From Octopus sinensis (taxonomy: Eukaryota): a stretch of DNA of 64,000 nucleotides. The stretch lies in the NCBI RefSeq assembly GCF_006345805.1, contig NC_043000.1, positions 100,254,001-100,318,000 on the forward strand, written 5' to 3'. Shown here piece after piece: positions 1-14,100 of this stretch (the stretch's first letter is position 1; each line of letters begins with the position of its first letter). The notes under the pieces were generated by a model that saw only the letters and a list, made by a program, of their open reading frames with translations, did no database searches and had not been told where the DNA came from. The position numbers and the translations under genes were made by a program.

Positions 1-105
1 GATCGATAAATTAAGTACTAGTTACACACCTGAGTCGATGTAATCGACTGGTCCCTTCCCCAAAAATTTCAAGCCTTGTACCTATAGTAGAAAGGATTAT
101 TATTT
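1..105 (+). mobile_element. 3' part of Meta-type tRNA SINE
   Basis: gatcgataaattaagtactagtt...gtcgatgtaatcgact matches the core of the fuller copy at 2891-3120; ends in (ATT)n. Confidence 0.7.
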
Positions 106-690
106 TATTATTAACAACAACAACAATAATAATGGTTTCTGATTTAGACACGAAGACAACATTTTTGAAGAGAGATAATTTGTCGATATCATAGTCTCCA
201 GTGCATGTCTAGTTCTTCATTTGATCGACTCCATAGAGATGAGAGGCAAAGTTGCTGGTCTTGTACCTAAATTAGAAACATTTATCTACGCTGACTCCGT
301 AGATAATCCAGAGTTTATTTAGAAACAACCACCAAGTATCAAAGATCAATATGGTATTTTAAATGTTTCAATGGTTCGTGAGGTGACTGCTCCATAGAAT
401 GGTTGATTAATCGATCAAGTATGTACACCATAGTGTGTAACGGATACATCTCACTGAATCATCTAAATAAAATATCATACGAATATAATTCTTCATTCTC
501 TATTTGACTACAGTGGTACTTTGTGATTAAAACACCAAATTATTAACCGGATATGTAATTTGCACCTGTCATATGGCATAAATAACCTAAACAGATTGTT
601 CTATTCTTTAGTTGTACATTAGCCGTGTTATTATATGAAATGCTTACCGAGGTATTCACCTGGATGTATTGAATAATTATTTTCCTTCAT

Positions 691-715
691 TATACACACA
701 CACACACATACATAT

Positions 716-775
<60 letters not shown>
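691..775. repeat. (CA)n/(TA)n microsatellite
   Basis: Direct dinucleotide runs. Confidence 0.95.
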
Positions 776-778
<3 letters not shown>

Positions 779-1884
779 TATATACCACAGAAAAACAGAA
801 TGGAATAAGCATAGCAAAAGCACATACGAGGACGGAAAGTGTCGCTGAGGAGGTCACAGATGTGTAACGAACAACTGTGTCCCCCACTAGACTTTTTATC
901 CTCATAATGTTCAGAAAAATGTTTTTTTTTTCTTTTCGATGAAAATTTCTCCAAATAAGCTTCAAAGGGTGTAGATAACTCTTATATCGAAATTTATTCC
1001 GAAACATTTATTCTAAGGCCGGCGAGAGGATTTTCGGAGAATTCATACAAGTCAGGTTTGTTTCCTCACAACTTTCTGGAAAAATGGAAATTTGTTATGA
1101 AATTTTCTACCAATACTTTTCAGGTGGTATAGCTTACGATTACATCGGAATTTAATGTGCAAAGTAAAACTGTTGTGCCCGTACACATACAGACAGGCAT
1201 CACACTTTTTTTCGATATGATATTTGTCTGTATGTAAGTGTGCGAACTCACAATTTTTTCTCTCTTTTTCTTTCATATTAAATTCTGATGTTTTTGTAAT
1301 CACACTATCTGAAGCGTATTTGTAGAAAATTTCGTTAAACAGTATCTATTTTTTCTGCAAGTTATGAGAAAACAAAGTTGATATGTGTGTCACATTTGTG
1401 TAGGTAAACTATCTGTACATACATACAACACAACATACGTACAACAAAACGACAAAATAAATCGAATTAGATAAACGACTGAAATAACCCAGATAGAATA
1501 TTTTACTGATTTATATCTCGAAGATTATATTTTTCCAAAAAGTCCTCTTTTAGTTCCCACATATGCGAACGCCAATGGCTTGCACGCACATACACAAATC
1601 CCTAATCTCTCACACACGTACATGCAGCTAATTGTCATCTGCGCACACGGTTGTGTCAGTTGAGTTGTGTATGTGAATGAGGATGAAGTTTGTAGATGCT
1701 AGGAACGTTCGTTTAGATCTCTCTGTCTCTTTCACAGTCTCTCTACATCTGTCCCTATCATTGCCTGTCTTCAGTCTCTCTTTTCTTCCCTTTCTATCAC
1801 ACAGACTTTTACCACCCTCTTTTCACAGGGTGAAAGCTTATTTACACCACAATTATTTACCATTAGAACTTTAACATATATAGA

Positions 1885-2170
1885 GCTGTAGGTTAGCAGA
1901 ATCGCCAAGAGTGTCTAGAAACAGCTATTTCCACCCCCTTACTATGATACTAATCGTAACCTATAATATGCCCTCCCACCTCATCTTACACCTTTCGTCT
2001 TTATGTTTTGAGTTCAAATTCCGCCGGGGTCAACTTTGTTTTTCATCCTTTGGAGATCGATAAAATAAGAACCAGTTGAGCAATAGGGTCGATGTCATCG
2101 ACTTACCCAGTCCCCTGCAACTACTGGCTTTAAGCCAAAATTTGAAACAATTATTACTATTACTATTGTT
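1885..2170 (+). mobile_element. Degenerate Meta-type SINE
   Basis: gagttcaaattccgccggggtcaactttgtttttcatcctttggagatcgataaaataag, similar to 2891-3120. Confidence 0.65.
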
Positions 2171-2890
2171 ATTATATGAAACTCTCATAGCTTATTTTGC
2201 TGGTTATGATGGAAAGTGTCAGCTGTCCTCAGCCAGCAGACTAAGGTGATACTTGTTTACTAGTCATGTTTCAAGAACCCTGCAAAGAATTCTTGCAGTT
2301 TCAAGCGATGCTGGTTTACCTTCACACTTGCGGTACGTCGTGCACCTGTACAGGTAATGTCGATTTGGTGGAGGGAGTGATCTTATGTGAACACAAACAT
2401 TTGATCACTATAAACAAACCATGTGTGGTTGTTTAACAAGAAATTGCCGAACCTTCGTACGCTGTCAAACGACAGGAGAGTTCGTGATCATTATTAAGTA
2501 ATCGACTAATCCCTCTCCCCAAATTTCAGGCCTATTTTCCTTTTTTTTATTGTGGACGGTGATCAATAATATAAGAAGAATTGACAGGAGATAATAACAT
2601 ATAACAAAAGATACTAATATAAGATGGACTAGATAACTATTCCCCATCATAAAAATTGTGTGCAAGCATGTGTATTGAAAAACTAGAAAGTAAAAATTAA
2701 TAATAAATCAATGAAACTGTTGTAATAGTTGTTAAAATGTTACGGATATTAAGATAGAGTAGATACCAGCTTACCGTTAGAAAGTTTATACGTTTGTACG
2801 TGTGTGTGTGTGTAATAGACCAGAAAGTGATATTAATTAATAAATCGATTGCAAAGTGATTGTTGTAAAAGTACTCTATAGAGATTTTAA

Positions 2891-3120
2891 GGCGGCGAGC
2901 TGGCAGAAACGTTAGCACGCCGGGCGAAATGCGTGGCCGTATTTCGTCTGCCGTTACGTTCTGCGTTCAAATTCCGCCGAGGTCGACTTTGCCTTTCATC
3001 CTTTCGGGGTCGATAAATTAAGTACCAGTTGCGCACTGGGGTCGATGTAATCGACTTAATCCCTTTGTCTGTCCTTGTTTGTCCTCTCTGTGTTTAGCCC
3101 CTTGTGGGTAGTAAAGAAAT
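2891..3120 (+). mobile_element. Near full-length tRNA-derived SINE (MetaSINE-like)
   Basis: A-box-like ggcgagctggcagaaacgttagc, B-box-like gttcaaattcc, central gactttgcctttcatcctttcggggtcgataaattaagtacc; many partial copies in the window. Confidence 0.8.
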
Positions 3121-3421
3121 ATATAGAGATTTTAATGAACAGCTTATGATATTCCATTTTATTTACGTTTTAAAAATAGTGGTTTTGAAAAAAAAACTTT
3201 ATTAGTTGAAAAATGACATAGTAATATGTACAATAAAAATATTCAATAAATTTTTATGCACACACACACACATCCACAAACATTCATATACACACATATA
3301 TGATTTTTTAAAAATAATTTAGAGGATGTAAAACTCTGCTGACTCATTATTTTTTCTTCTTTCAACTTTTTCTTGAAGAAACTCTGTCCGAAACGTCGAG
3401 TTCACTATACTCTTTTTAGCT

Positions 3422-3480
3422 AGAGAGAGAGAGAGAGAGAGAGAGTGGAGAAAGAGAGAGAGAGAGACAGACAGAGACGA
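3422..3480. repeat. (GA)n microsatellite
   Basis: Direct repeat run. Confidence 0.9.
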
Positions 3481-4084
3481 AGCAGGAAACGTAATTGGTG
3501 TACTTTAAGCATTATATAAGCGCGCTTTCACACGAAGATGAAAACCACTTGATTTATGGAAACGCTCTTAAATATAGAACTTTGAAAAAACTAACCATGT
3601 TTTCTGTGATTCTTGTTACTAAATACCTTGACTTGAACCCCGAACTTTAGCTTATCCCACAATATGGTTGATCATATCACTTCGTACGCAGAATAGGAGT
3701 GAAGTGTGGAACTGATTACGAAGCCCAAATTATCTAGTTGTGCTTTCCAGCACACTTTTAATTATACAACCCTTATATACACACACATTAAGGTAAAATA
3801 GACTATCACCAACTAATACAATGTATGATACCAATAGTATAGGTTTCTTATGTTGCAACAAAATTTTCATTGAAGTTTTTTTTCTTCTGAAGCAATATCT
3901 TCAACATGTCCCAGAAACTAATACAAAAATAAATAATGTAAAAGAGGAAAAAAGGTCCAATTATGTGCAATTTAATCAGGTTTTTTAAAAAATTGAATTA
4001 TGAATTAATTCTTATTTAAGATTTTCATTCTTATGAGACATCCAGATCTTTGTTTTTTATTACTACTATAACAACTAATAAATC

Positions 4085-4530
4085 GAAGAGTGGTTGATAG
4101 CAGAATTAATAATGCGTTGGACAAAGTACATCGACAGTTTCATTCTGGCTCTTCACATTCAGAGTTCAAATCCAGTCGAGGTCAACTTTGCCTTTCATAC
4201 ATCAGGGGATTCGATAAAATAAGTACCAATCATGTATAGGAGTCTATTTAATCGCTTAATTCCCTACTCTGAATTCGTGGCCATATTAGGAAAAAGGATA
4301 ATCGGTGAAGAACGGTTAACGACAGAACTGGTAAAGCTACGGACAAAATGCCTTGTGGTATTTAATTACATCGCTTTGTGCTTGGAGTTCAGATCCCGCC
4401 GAGATCGAGTTTATCTTTCATCCTTCTAGAAGTCCATAAAATAAAGCCCCAATCAGGTACAGGGGTAATGTAATCGATCATACGCTTCACTATCAAAAGA
4501 TTGAAGCTCTTTTCCTATGTTAGAATTAAT
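4085..4530 (+). mobile_element. Two adjacent degenerate Meta-type SINE copies
   Basis: gagttcaaatccagtcgaggtcaactttgcctttcat and ggagttcagatcccgccgagatcgagtttatctttcatcc cores. Confidence 0.6.
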
Positions 4531-5871
4531 TTTATTATTAAACTGTTAACATGTAAATAGATTGTGATTTGAAAATAAAAAATAATAAATTGAAATTTTC
4601 TTCCTCACATTTTTATACAGACTGAGACAAATAAATCACAGCCAGGCACTGCAGATAGAACCTTTGCGCTCTGATATATCACAAAATATTCTTATATGAT
4701 TTTTTAAAAACATTCTTGTTGAATAAAAGTTACAGTTATATATACTCAATGTTGTTTCTTAATGTTTTATTACTTATAAGCATTTTATGTGAAAATCTAT
4801 TTGAATATATATGTATGGATAATCTATGTATGCAGCATTGGAACTGATGAAACCACACTATGTTGAAATTGTGGTTATAGTTATGACCTTGTAATTAAGA
4901 AGTTCGCTTCACGAACATGTGATTTCGGGTTCAATCCTACTGCTTAAATTTTTTCATTTTAGCCATCACAGACAAGGCAATCTTCTAGCATGGCCTTGTC
5001 CATGACGAAGTATCTTTCGCTATAGACTGAGTTGACAATAAACCCTTGCGAGTGAAATTAGATAAATGGAAACTACGTAGAAACTTGCTCGAATGAACTA
5101 TAGTTGTCTCTGGACGGTAAGCTTCGTCAGCACTTAGCCCTCTGACATGCTGAACATGTCTCCAATCTAAATATAACTTTCGATATGCTGATCTTTGGTT
5201 ACAGCAACCTGTGAATCATGGTTTTCCAATCCTTTTCTCATCTACTCACAATACAGGTCTTGCTAAGAGTTACAAATACTGCCCTTAATTCTTTGAGTGT
5301 ATATGAAAACTTATTCTGAACTGATGGCAATGTTAAACAGCACGATATAGATATCGACTTGAAAAAATTTAAAGTTACATCTTTTACGTTTTGAATTCGA
5401 ACCTCCACTTAGTGACTTTCAGTTTCCTAGGTTTGACGAATAAAAGTAGCATTCAAGTACTGCAGTGGAGGTATCAACTGTACATTCCCTCCAAATTCGT
5501 GAAATTGTAAGTTATAAATTATTTTACATTTTATTATAAAAGTTATAGTAATAATGAAATTTCTATCTGTATACTATCTACACTGAACAAAATTTGGGAT
5601 CTACTGCTGCTTCTTCACATGGTGCTAAGACATAACTGCATATAATTTTGCATGTAGATGATACGCATTGCATTTGCTCAGTCGAGGTAGCCATGGCTAA
5701 GTCAGAAAGATAAATCATGAACGTGTTGAATGGTTAATATAATGTACATAACACTGAAGACTGTTAATGTCGACAATCTGTTTATGGTTTGAATATGTCC
5801 CCCAAAAAACTAGCCACTCTGATGAATTACTGATTTCATTGAAGCAAGTACATTTACATCTAGGGTAACTC

Positions 5872-6400
5872 ATCATCATCGTTTAACGTCCGCTATCTAT
5901 GCTGGCATGGGTTGGACGGTTTGATTGAGGACCGGTGAGCCAGAGGCTGCACCAGGCTCAATCTGATCTGGCAAAGTTTCTGCTGCTGGACGCCCTTCTT
6001 AACACCACCCACTCCGAGTGTAGTGGATGCTTTTTACGTGCCACAGGCACGAGGGCTAGTCAGGCGGTTCTGGCAACGACCACGCTCAACAGGTGTTAAG
6101 CACATCCGAACGTGGGGTTGAACCGGCCCACTTATGAGTACCCCTCATTCATTGGACAATGAACTTTGTTTGCAAAGACCTATTGAGGAAAGTGTAAACA
6201 AATCAAAATCGCTAACGTGGCCGATGACAATACCGCCTGATTGGCACTCGCGCCAGTAGAACGTTAAAAGCATATCCGAGTGTGATCGTTGCCAGGGCCA
6301 CGGATTGGCTCCCGTGCCGGTGACACGTGAAAAGCACCATTCGAGCGTGATCGTTGCCAGTACCGCCGGACGGGCACCCGTGCAGGTAGTACGTAAAAAT
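5872..6400 (-). mobile_element. RTE-tail SINE / 5'-truncated RTE 3'UTR with internal gagcgtgatcgttgccag repeats
   Basis: catcatcatcgtttaacgtccgc...catgctggcatgggttggacgg is the reverse complement of the family tail seen at 17510-17692, 19735-19912 and 45420-45655. Confidence 0.8.
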
Positions 6401-7776
6401 ACCTTTTGAGCTACATTTGATATTTCCACACCATAATATTTTCATAAACTCATGAAAGCTGTTTTGATACTTGTTCAAGTGCTGCCAGTAAAAATTATGG
6501 TTTGATGACATTATTTAATAAGAGAAAAGATTTAATTTGTTTCAAGATTATTTTAATTTGCTTCCTCTCACTCAGTCATGGGGTTTTTCTTTCTTATCTT
6601 GTGAGTTATTGGCAACCTCATTACGACTGGTAGCACAAAGTACACTCTTAAAGTGGTTGGCACTAGGAAGGGTACGCGGCAGAAAACCCGGCCACAGCAG
6701 ATATTGGAATTAAATGCAATTTTTGGATTCATTGCAGCAAGTTGAATCGTTCTGTCTATGCCAGTGCAAAAGGTGAACGTTTAACTATGACAATGATATA
6801 TCTGAAAATGTATAATGCTAGTGCCACTAAAGTGGTTGGGGTTCGGAAGAGCAACCAGTCATAGAAACAATTCCCAGAATGGAACATACAAGTGAGACAT
6901 CCATCTACAAGAGGAATAACTTTGAATAAAGACCCACTCAACCCATACTGGTATAGAAACAGGATGCGAAAATGAAGATGAGTTCGAATTTTTACTTTTT
7001 CTACTAGCCATGAGTTATACTGATTTTCATCAGAATCTTCCTTATATAAATGGTAGATGACAATTATAGAAAATATAACTTAGTATTGATATTAAATTCA
7101 ATATTTGTAAATATATTTTTTCTTGTAAAATCCTGTATTGGATTTTGAAAACTCTAAACCTTGACGGCTTTGATTGTCAACAAGATGAAGGTGGGCTTGA
7201 TGAATCCAATATCTTTTGGGTTTTTATTGTATCAAGCAAGAAAAGAATGCCATGCTCTCCCATATTTCTGGACATCAGCTACATCAATATCCTCTTTCCA
7301 AGATACATGACCTATATTGACTCTGAACACTGCCTACTCCAGAGCAGTTTATGAAAAAAATTATAAAAAAACAAACAGAATTTTAGAAATCCAACAAATG
7401 ACAATTTTCTTTTATTATCAGAAATGTAAGTTTGTTTACACTCCCCACTTTCATTTCACTTCACTAAATTTAGTGCTTCAGCTTTATGTGAAGGATGTAA
7501 GGGCTTTCAGCTTGGGAGTGTTAGTAAAGCCAGAGCAATTTCTCACAGTTTTAGCAACTAACCCAAACTGTAAAATAAATACGTATTTCCCAACAGCAAC
7601 ACATGAAGGATAGATTTATGAAAATATACATTTATGAATGATGGTTGCTTGAGATTGAATCCAACGAACTTTTCTCTTCACTGGTTGTTTAGTACCCCCA
7701 TGCCAGCCCAGCCCGGATAAAGTTGATTTTATGATCATAAAGCATTGCAGCAGTGACTGTGCATTGGCAGTTAATT

Positions 7777-7811
<35 letters not shown>

Positions 7812-8111
7812 ATTCACACACACACACACACTTGAGATTACACTGTGCAATGTATCCTTTATATTAAGACGGTGGATTGTAATTTGAGTGAGAATTGACT
7901 ATGTCTAGCAGGCCAAGAGACTATACAATGGTTCTCTTATTTCACGATGGGCGTAATGATTAATGTTGGAAATGGCACCAATCATACCATGGATTTTTTT
8001 TTCATTACAGTTTCCATAAAAAAGTTATACATGTTCCACCTAAAATGAAACTTTTAAAAAATTAAATTTCAGGCCATTTTAATTCTGCAATGAATATATG
8101 ATGATTATGCT

Positions 8112-11100
8112 TCATATATTCAACATGGAAGAAATGTAATTCTTACTTTTTTTGCTTCTCATCTGAAATGAATCTTTCATTTTACGTGACTCACGTCTGT
8201 AATCAGATGCTTTACGTTTTAATGTGTTAGTCTCAATAATACCACATGCAAGTTGTAGGCAGCTGTTGACATCATCATCCTCCTCTGCATTATCTAAAGA
8301 TGAGTTAGAAGGTTTTACTGATTGTGCTGAATCAGTTTTACTGACATTCAATAAACTGGTGGAATTTGTTAAGGTGTTGCAACGAGGGTCATTACTGACT
8401 ACATTTGGAGCAATGTTTACAAATTGGGTATTAAATAACAGGGACCTGTCAGATATAGAAGTTCTAATAGCTGTACTTTTATTAACAGGATTCAGAGTGC
8501 TTGGAATTGATGCTTGCAGTATGTGACCTTTGTTTAGAATAGGAGTCTGTTGATTTTGCACTTTATTCACAACAGGAAACAGAACACTTTTGCCATTTAG
8601 CTGCATCACTAGAAGTCGCTGTCCTGGAAGAGGAGCATTTGTCTTGGGAAGTATTAGTGGATTCATTGAATTGGAAATTAGTCTGAAAGACTTGGCATTT
8701 TCTGCTGCATTTTGCTTTGAATTGTTTATGCGCGCATCATTTGTATTTGCAGAAGTATTTAAGTACCTGATACCTATTTTGCTAGCTGTTTGTGCAGCTA
8801 ATATGTTATTCGTCCTAAGCATCTGAGTAACATTTTTGCAAGTAGCACGACATTTAATAGATTTTAGGGTCTTCTCTCCCAACTTCTTAACATTAGCAGA
8901 TTTTTTACCATCAGGCAAGTACATTCTGGGCATCATTACAAAACACTGTTTGAGGGGAAATTTTGAAAGGGTATATTTATCAATTTTGATTCTTGTTTTC
9001 TTCTTGGAATTAATTTTCATTTCTAGTTGTTTGTTTTCTCTTTGCAGTTTGCTAAAAGCACTATGCATCTTGACAAGTTTTAACACGTTTGGATTTTCAA
9101 TAAGTGTTTTTGGCTTTATTGGCTTAGGATTTAAGTAGCTGTACTGCCTATAACTATTTGATACTGGTGGTTTAGAAGTTACAGGCTTGTCAAACTGATA
9201 CATTTTGAACTTAAGCTTAGGTTTTGATGCCTCTTGTGGTAATTTTTCTTCGTTGCTAATCCCTAGAGACTTTGAATTTGCTCCATTTGCTGTCTGTGTG
9301 GAATTTATTCCATGACCTGAGTGAAATGAATTTACTTCAGTTGCTGGTTCAGAGGAAATTATTTTACATGACTGCTGAGCAGAATTTAATACATTTGGCT
9401 TAGTAACAATTATTTTATAAGGTGGCAGAGTGTTATTTAGTTTAATTGACGGTTTAGCGGTAATTACATAATGTGGTAAAGTGGAATTTACTTCAACTGC
9501 TGATTTAGTAGAATTTACTTCTTGAGCTGGCCGAATTAAATTTACTTCTTGAGCTGGCCGAATTAAATTTACTTCTTGAGCTGGCCGAATTAAATTTACT
9601 TCTTGAGCTGGCCGAATTAAATTTACTTTATATACTGCCTGCTTTGAGTTTGCTCCATTATCCGTTTGACAGGAATTTACTCCTAATTCTTTCTGACTGG
9701 AACCTGCTTCAAAATCTGTCTGACTGGAATTTTCTCCATAATCTGTCTGATTGGAACTCACTTCACAATCTGTCTGACAAGAATTTTCTCCATAATTTAT
9801 CTGAGTGGAATTTTCTACAAAATCCGTCTGAGTGGAAATTTCTCCAAAAGCTGTCTGAGAAGAGTTTATGTCATTGGGTTTCAAAGTGGAATTTACATCA
9901 TTCAGTGGCTGAGCAGAGTTGGTAGGTTGCAAATTTGAAGAAAGAAATATTGGGGATACTGAAGATGTTACTGAAGAAATTCTACGTTTTGGGTTTCTCA
10001 ATGAAGCAAGTGTAGGCTGAGGGGTTGGAAGTAATGAAACTATAGGCTGGGAAGAATTTGGAATTAGGGAAACCATTGATTGAGGTCTTGGAAATACAGA
10101 AGCCAATGGTTGTAAGTTTGTTAGTGTAGTAACCACTGGTGTAGTGGTGTTAAATGAAGAAACTACTGGCTTTGAAGTGTTCAATGAGATGACCATTGGT
10201 TTTGAAGTGGTCAAGGATGAAAGCACTACTGGTTTTGAAGTGGTCACGGAGGTTACATTTGGTTTTATGGTGGTTGTTGAAGAAACTATTGATTTAGAGG
10301 GGATAAAGGAGTTAACTTTCGGTTTTGGGGTGGGTAATGGAGAAACAACTATTTTAGAAGTGGTACTTGGAGAAATCACTGGTTTTGAGATTGCCCACGA
10401 AGTAACCACTGGTTTTATGTCAGCTAATGATGAAACCATTGGTTTTATGTCAGCTAATGATGAAACCATTGGTTTTATGTCAGCTAATGATGAAACCACT
10501 GGTTTTATGTCGGCTAATGATGAAACCACTGGTTTTATGTCGGTTAATGAAGAAACCATTGGTTTTAAAAAATCATTAGTCATTTCTTCCTCAGATTTAA
10601 TTTTCCAATCATCTTTAGGAGTATTTATAGTAAAATTAGAGTTATCCCGCAGAGAAAATATGGAATCAATTTTCAGTGTCATAGGATTTTCATCCTCTTT
10701 CTGACAGATGGATTTTAAATTCCCCAGATCTGATTGGCTGTCTGAAATTACTACAGATTCTGGTTTTGTAGAAGAGTTATTTGAAGAAACAGTTGAGGTT
10801 TTGATATTGGTTAGATGACTGGGCAGGATCAAAGATGAAGTGGAAGTGATAAGAAAATTAGAAGTCAAACTAGTAGTACTATTAACATTTTTGGAGTTAT
10901 CGCATGTATCAGGAGCTGCAGATTTGGGAAGATTGGACTGCTGTGAGGAATCAACAACTTGCATTACTTGAGTTTCTGGTTGCTGCACTTTAAAAAGTAA
11001 CTTTTCTGACTGATTGGGTTGGCTTACCAATGTTGGAGATTGAAGTTTCTTCCTGACATTGTCAACAATTTTTGTCAGCTTAACAAACTGAGGCAGAGCA

Positions 11101-14100
11101 GACTTAGGGCTTGTAACATAATTAACTACACGTGTAGATACAGGTTTAACCATGGTATCAGAAGTGCTGGAAACTTTCCCCAGTTTCAGATTAACTTGAC
11201 TGTTAGAAAAAGAAGTTAGTTTTACAAGAGAATTAGCAGTTATATTTTCCTGACTGGTTACCAGAGAAACAACTGGAGCAACATTGCTGACTGTATCATC
11301 TGGTAATTCTTGTTTAACCTTGATCACTGGACTAATATTAGCAGATGTCACCTGCTGCTGCTGTTGTGGTTGTTGTTTAGAAATAGCAGAGGTTACTGTA
11401 GATACTATAGCTGGACTCGGCTTTAATTGAGATTGTGAATAAACTGGATTAGATCCTACTGGAGTAGTTACATTAAGCTTTAGAGGCTCAGATGATGATG
11501 TTGAGGATGGAGAAAACATGACAGGGATATTGTTGTGTACAGTTTTAGTCACAAACCTTGCATTGTTATTACAGTTGGAGGCTTGTAAAAATGTTGGTGC
11601 TGACTGTGTACCAGCGTTAGTATTTAATAAGGAAATTCCTTTGGCTGCATTAGCATTTTTTGGCTGATGTGTAGATGTAGACAGTATAAGAGGGTTACTG
11701 ATTTTGCTTTTCATTTTGCCTGTTACTGAAGAGGCAAAGCTGACTTGTTCAGGAAGAGACTCTGGTGGAACTAAGATAATGTTTTGCGATGAGGATGGTG
11801 ATACTTTAGGTAAGTTGGTAATACCTTTGGCTTTATAGATATCACTGGGGTGAATGATCTTCACACTTTCAGATGTTTTAGGAGAAGTCTGGAAAACAGA
11901 CTGAGCTGCAGATGGGATATGTTTGGCCAGATTAAGCAAATCATCAGGATTTATAGGACCAATAAAAACCATTGGTTTGTTAAAGTTAGAGGAATATGAA
12001 ACACTAGTTGTAGAATTTGGAGGAGAAACTGATAATGAAGAAGTCTGTTTGGCTTTACTAGAATTAGAAGTTGATACCAAAAAATTACTAGTATTTTGTG
12101 AAGATGACAAGTTTAAAGATGTTGATGGTAGATTATGACTCAGAGGATTAATAATAGTTGGTGAAATCACTGTAGATATTTCTGTTTTGGGAGCAAGTGG
12201 TCTTGGGAAAAGTTTTTGGGATTTTGCTACGTTGATAGCATATCTTATTTGGGGGACAAAATTTGTTGATGAAGAATTCTTTATAATTTCTTCTGATTTA
12301 GGGAATGAATCCTGTAAGTTTTTTGTAGTATTGATGATGGTAGTTGTTGAAGGGGAAGCAGAAGAAACGACCGCCTGAACATTTGGTTCAATTGTAGTAG
12401 TCTTCCCTGCAGGAGAGTTCTTGGCATCTGAAGTGCTTGCAGGTAGAATTAACCAAGAAGTTTTGTTACCTACAACTGAAGTGTAGGTGCCTGTTCCAGG
12501 CATTTGCTGAGTTTTAGTCAAACAAGAGCTATCAGCTGTAGAACCGATTTTTGGAATAGTGCAAATACTTTTGTCGAGATTGTAACTTGATGTTGTTTTG
12601 GTGATAGCATGAATTGTTTTATGAGAGTTTAAGTCTTCAAGAATAGCAATATTCGTTGTAGGTGTTTTTGGTGTGGCTGTAACACCATTTGGCAGAATCA
12701 ATTCTGAAGATTTTATAAAAGTTTCTTTTGAGTTGATACCTTCAGTAGGAACATTAGCAGAGATTGAAGAATTACTGCTTTTAACAACCTGAAAAACATT
12801 AGAAGACACATAACCATTATGTACAATTGTCTTGTCATCACTGGTCACAGCAGGTGAAGCTTGATCTACCAATGTTGATACAAGGACACAAGGAGTCATC
12901 TGTGAAGGCATTTGAGAAGTGTTATTCAGAACATTTCCTAAAGGATTTGTTTGAAGAGGAAAAGCTGATGAAGATGTTGGTGTCGTAGTAGCCACTTGAT
13001 TAGCTATTGCAAAAGTTGGCTTACCTATTATAGTAGTGTTTTGTGAATTCTTCAGAATGGGACCTACTGTAGATGCACTGGGCATATACTTAAAAGAAGT
13101 TACAGGAGATGGTACTGGAGTAGTCTGAGAATTAGAAACCATAGTAAGGTGTACAACTTGAGAATTATTTGAAGGTAATGACACAGGGACAACAAATACC
13201 TTCTTTGGCAAATTAGTTGCAGGAAGTGGGGAAATTTTAGGCTGATTTTCAGTTTTTAATATTGTGTTTGCTAATGTTGAAGTTGCACCTGAAATAGATT
13301 TCGGTGGGAGCACATTGAGAGTTGAATTTGAAATGCAGCTTGACATATTAGGCTCTAAAGCTGAGTAAACAGTATTGGTTCCATTTAATAGAACTGAATT
13401 TGTCCCCTTAGGTGGAACATTTCCACTTGATTCTTTTGAACTTGGAGTAGCTTTTAAAATAGCATTGAATGAATAAAGAATATTTTTCAGATTGGTCTGA
13501 GATAATGGTTGAGAAGATCTGACTATTATGTTCTTTGGTAAGACAGCAGAATTTGTTGTCTTATTATCAACAGTAAATTTATGATTAACAGGTAATGAAA
13601 TGGGTACACTGATTTCACAAGTGCCAGATGAATCCACAGAACCATCAGTATGTAATTGTGGGTTTACCTTCAGCTGGTTTTCACTGTTTACAAATTCAGA
13701 TTTGATAGCAGGACTGCCAGCGCTTGTATCCACTGCTTGAGGCATCAGAATAATAGGCTCACTTTTTGTGACTAATGACGGAGCTAAAGCAGAAATAGGT
13801 TCAATCCCAGGTTCCTTCTTTATATTTGTAATGAGCACAGGAGCTGAGTCTGTAGGAAGAGAAACTGCTGCATTTAAAGAAGCGTCCCTACTGACTGACA
13901 TATTTGCTGTCAAATCTGGGGGAAGCAGTGATGTAAGGTTGCTATTAATTGATGGATTTGTTAAAACTGAGGGAGAAATTATTGGCAAAATGACTGGATC
14001 TGAGGTGGAAATAGGTGAACCAGGTACAGTTAAGGTTTGATCCATAAATTCATCCTCAATAACAGTATTTTCATTAGACTTAGCATCATTCAACAGAACT

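Noticed and set aside
690-1007. 105-aa ORF with a YIYIYI run
   Set aside because: Open only because it crosses a (TA)n/(CA)n microsatellite; the same applies to ORFs at 16490, 17327-17645 and 39362.
9500-10570. Regular direct repeats as a CRISPR-like array
   Set aside because: No unique spacers, repeats are in-frame coding minisatellites, eukaryotic context.
8224-14040. Plus-strand ORFs (e.g. 9644-9925, 10144-10704, 13768-14040) antisense to the giant exon
   Set aside because: Shadow ORFs arising from codon bias and in-frame tandem repeats; no independent splice or start evidence.
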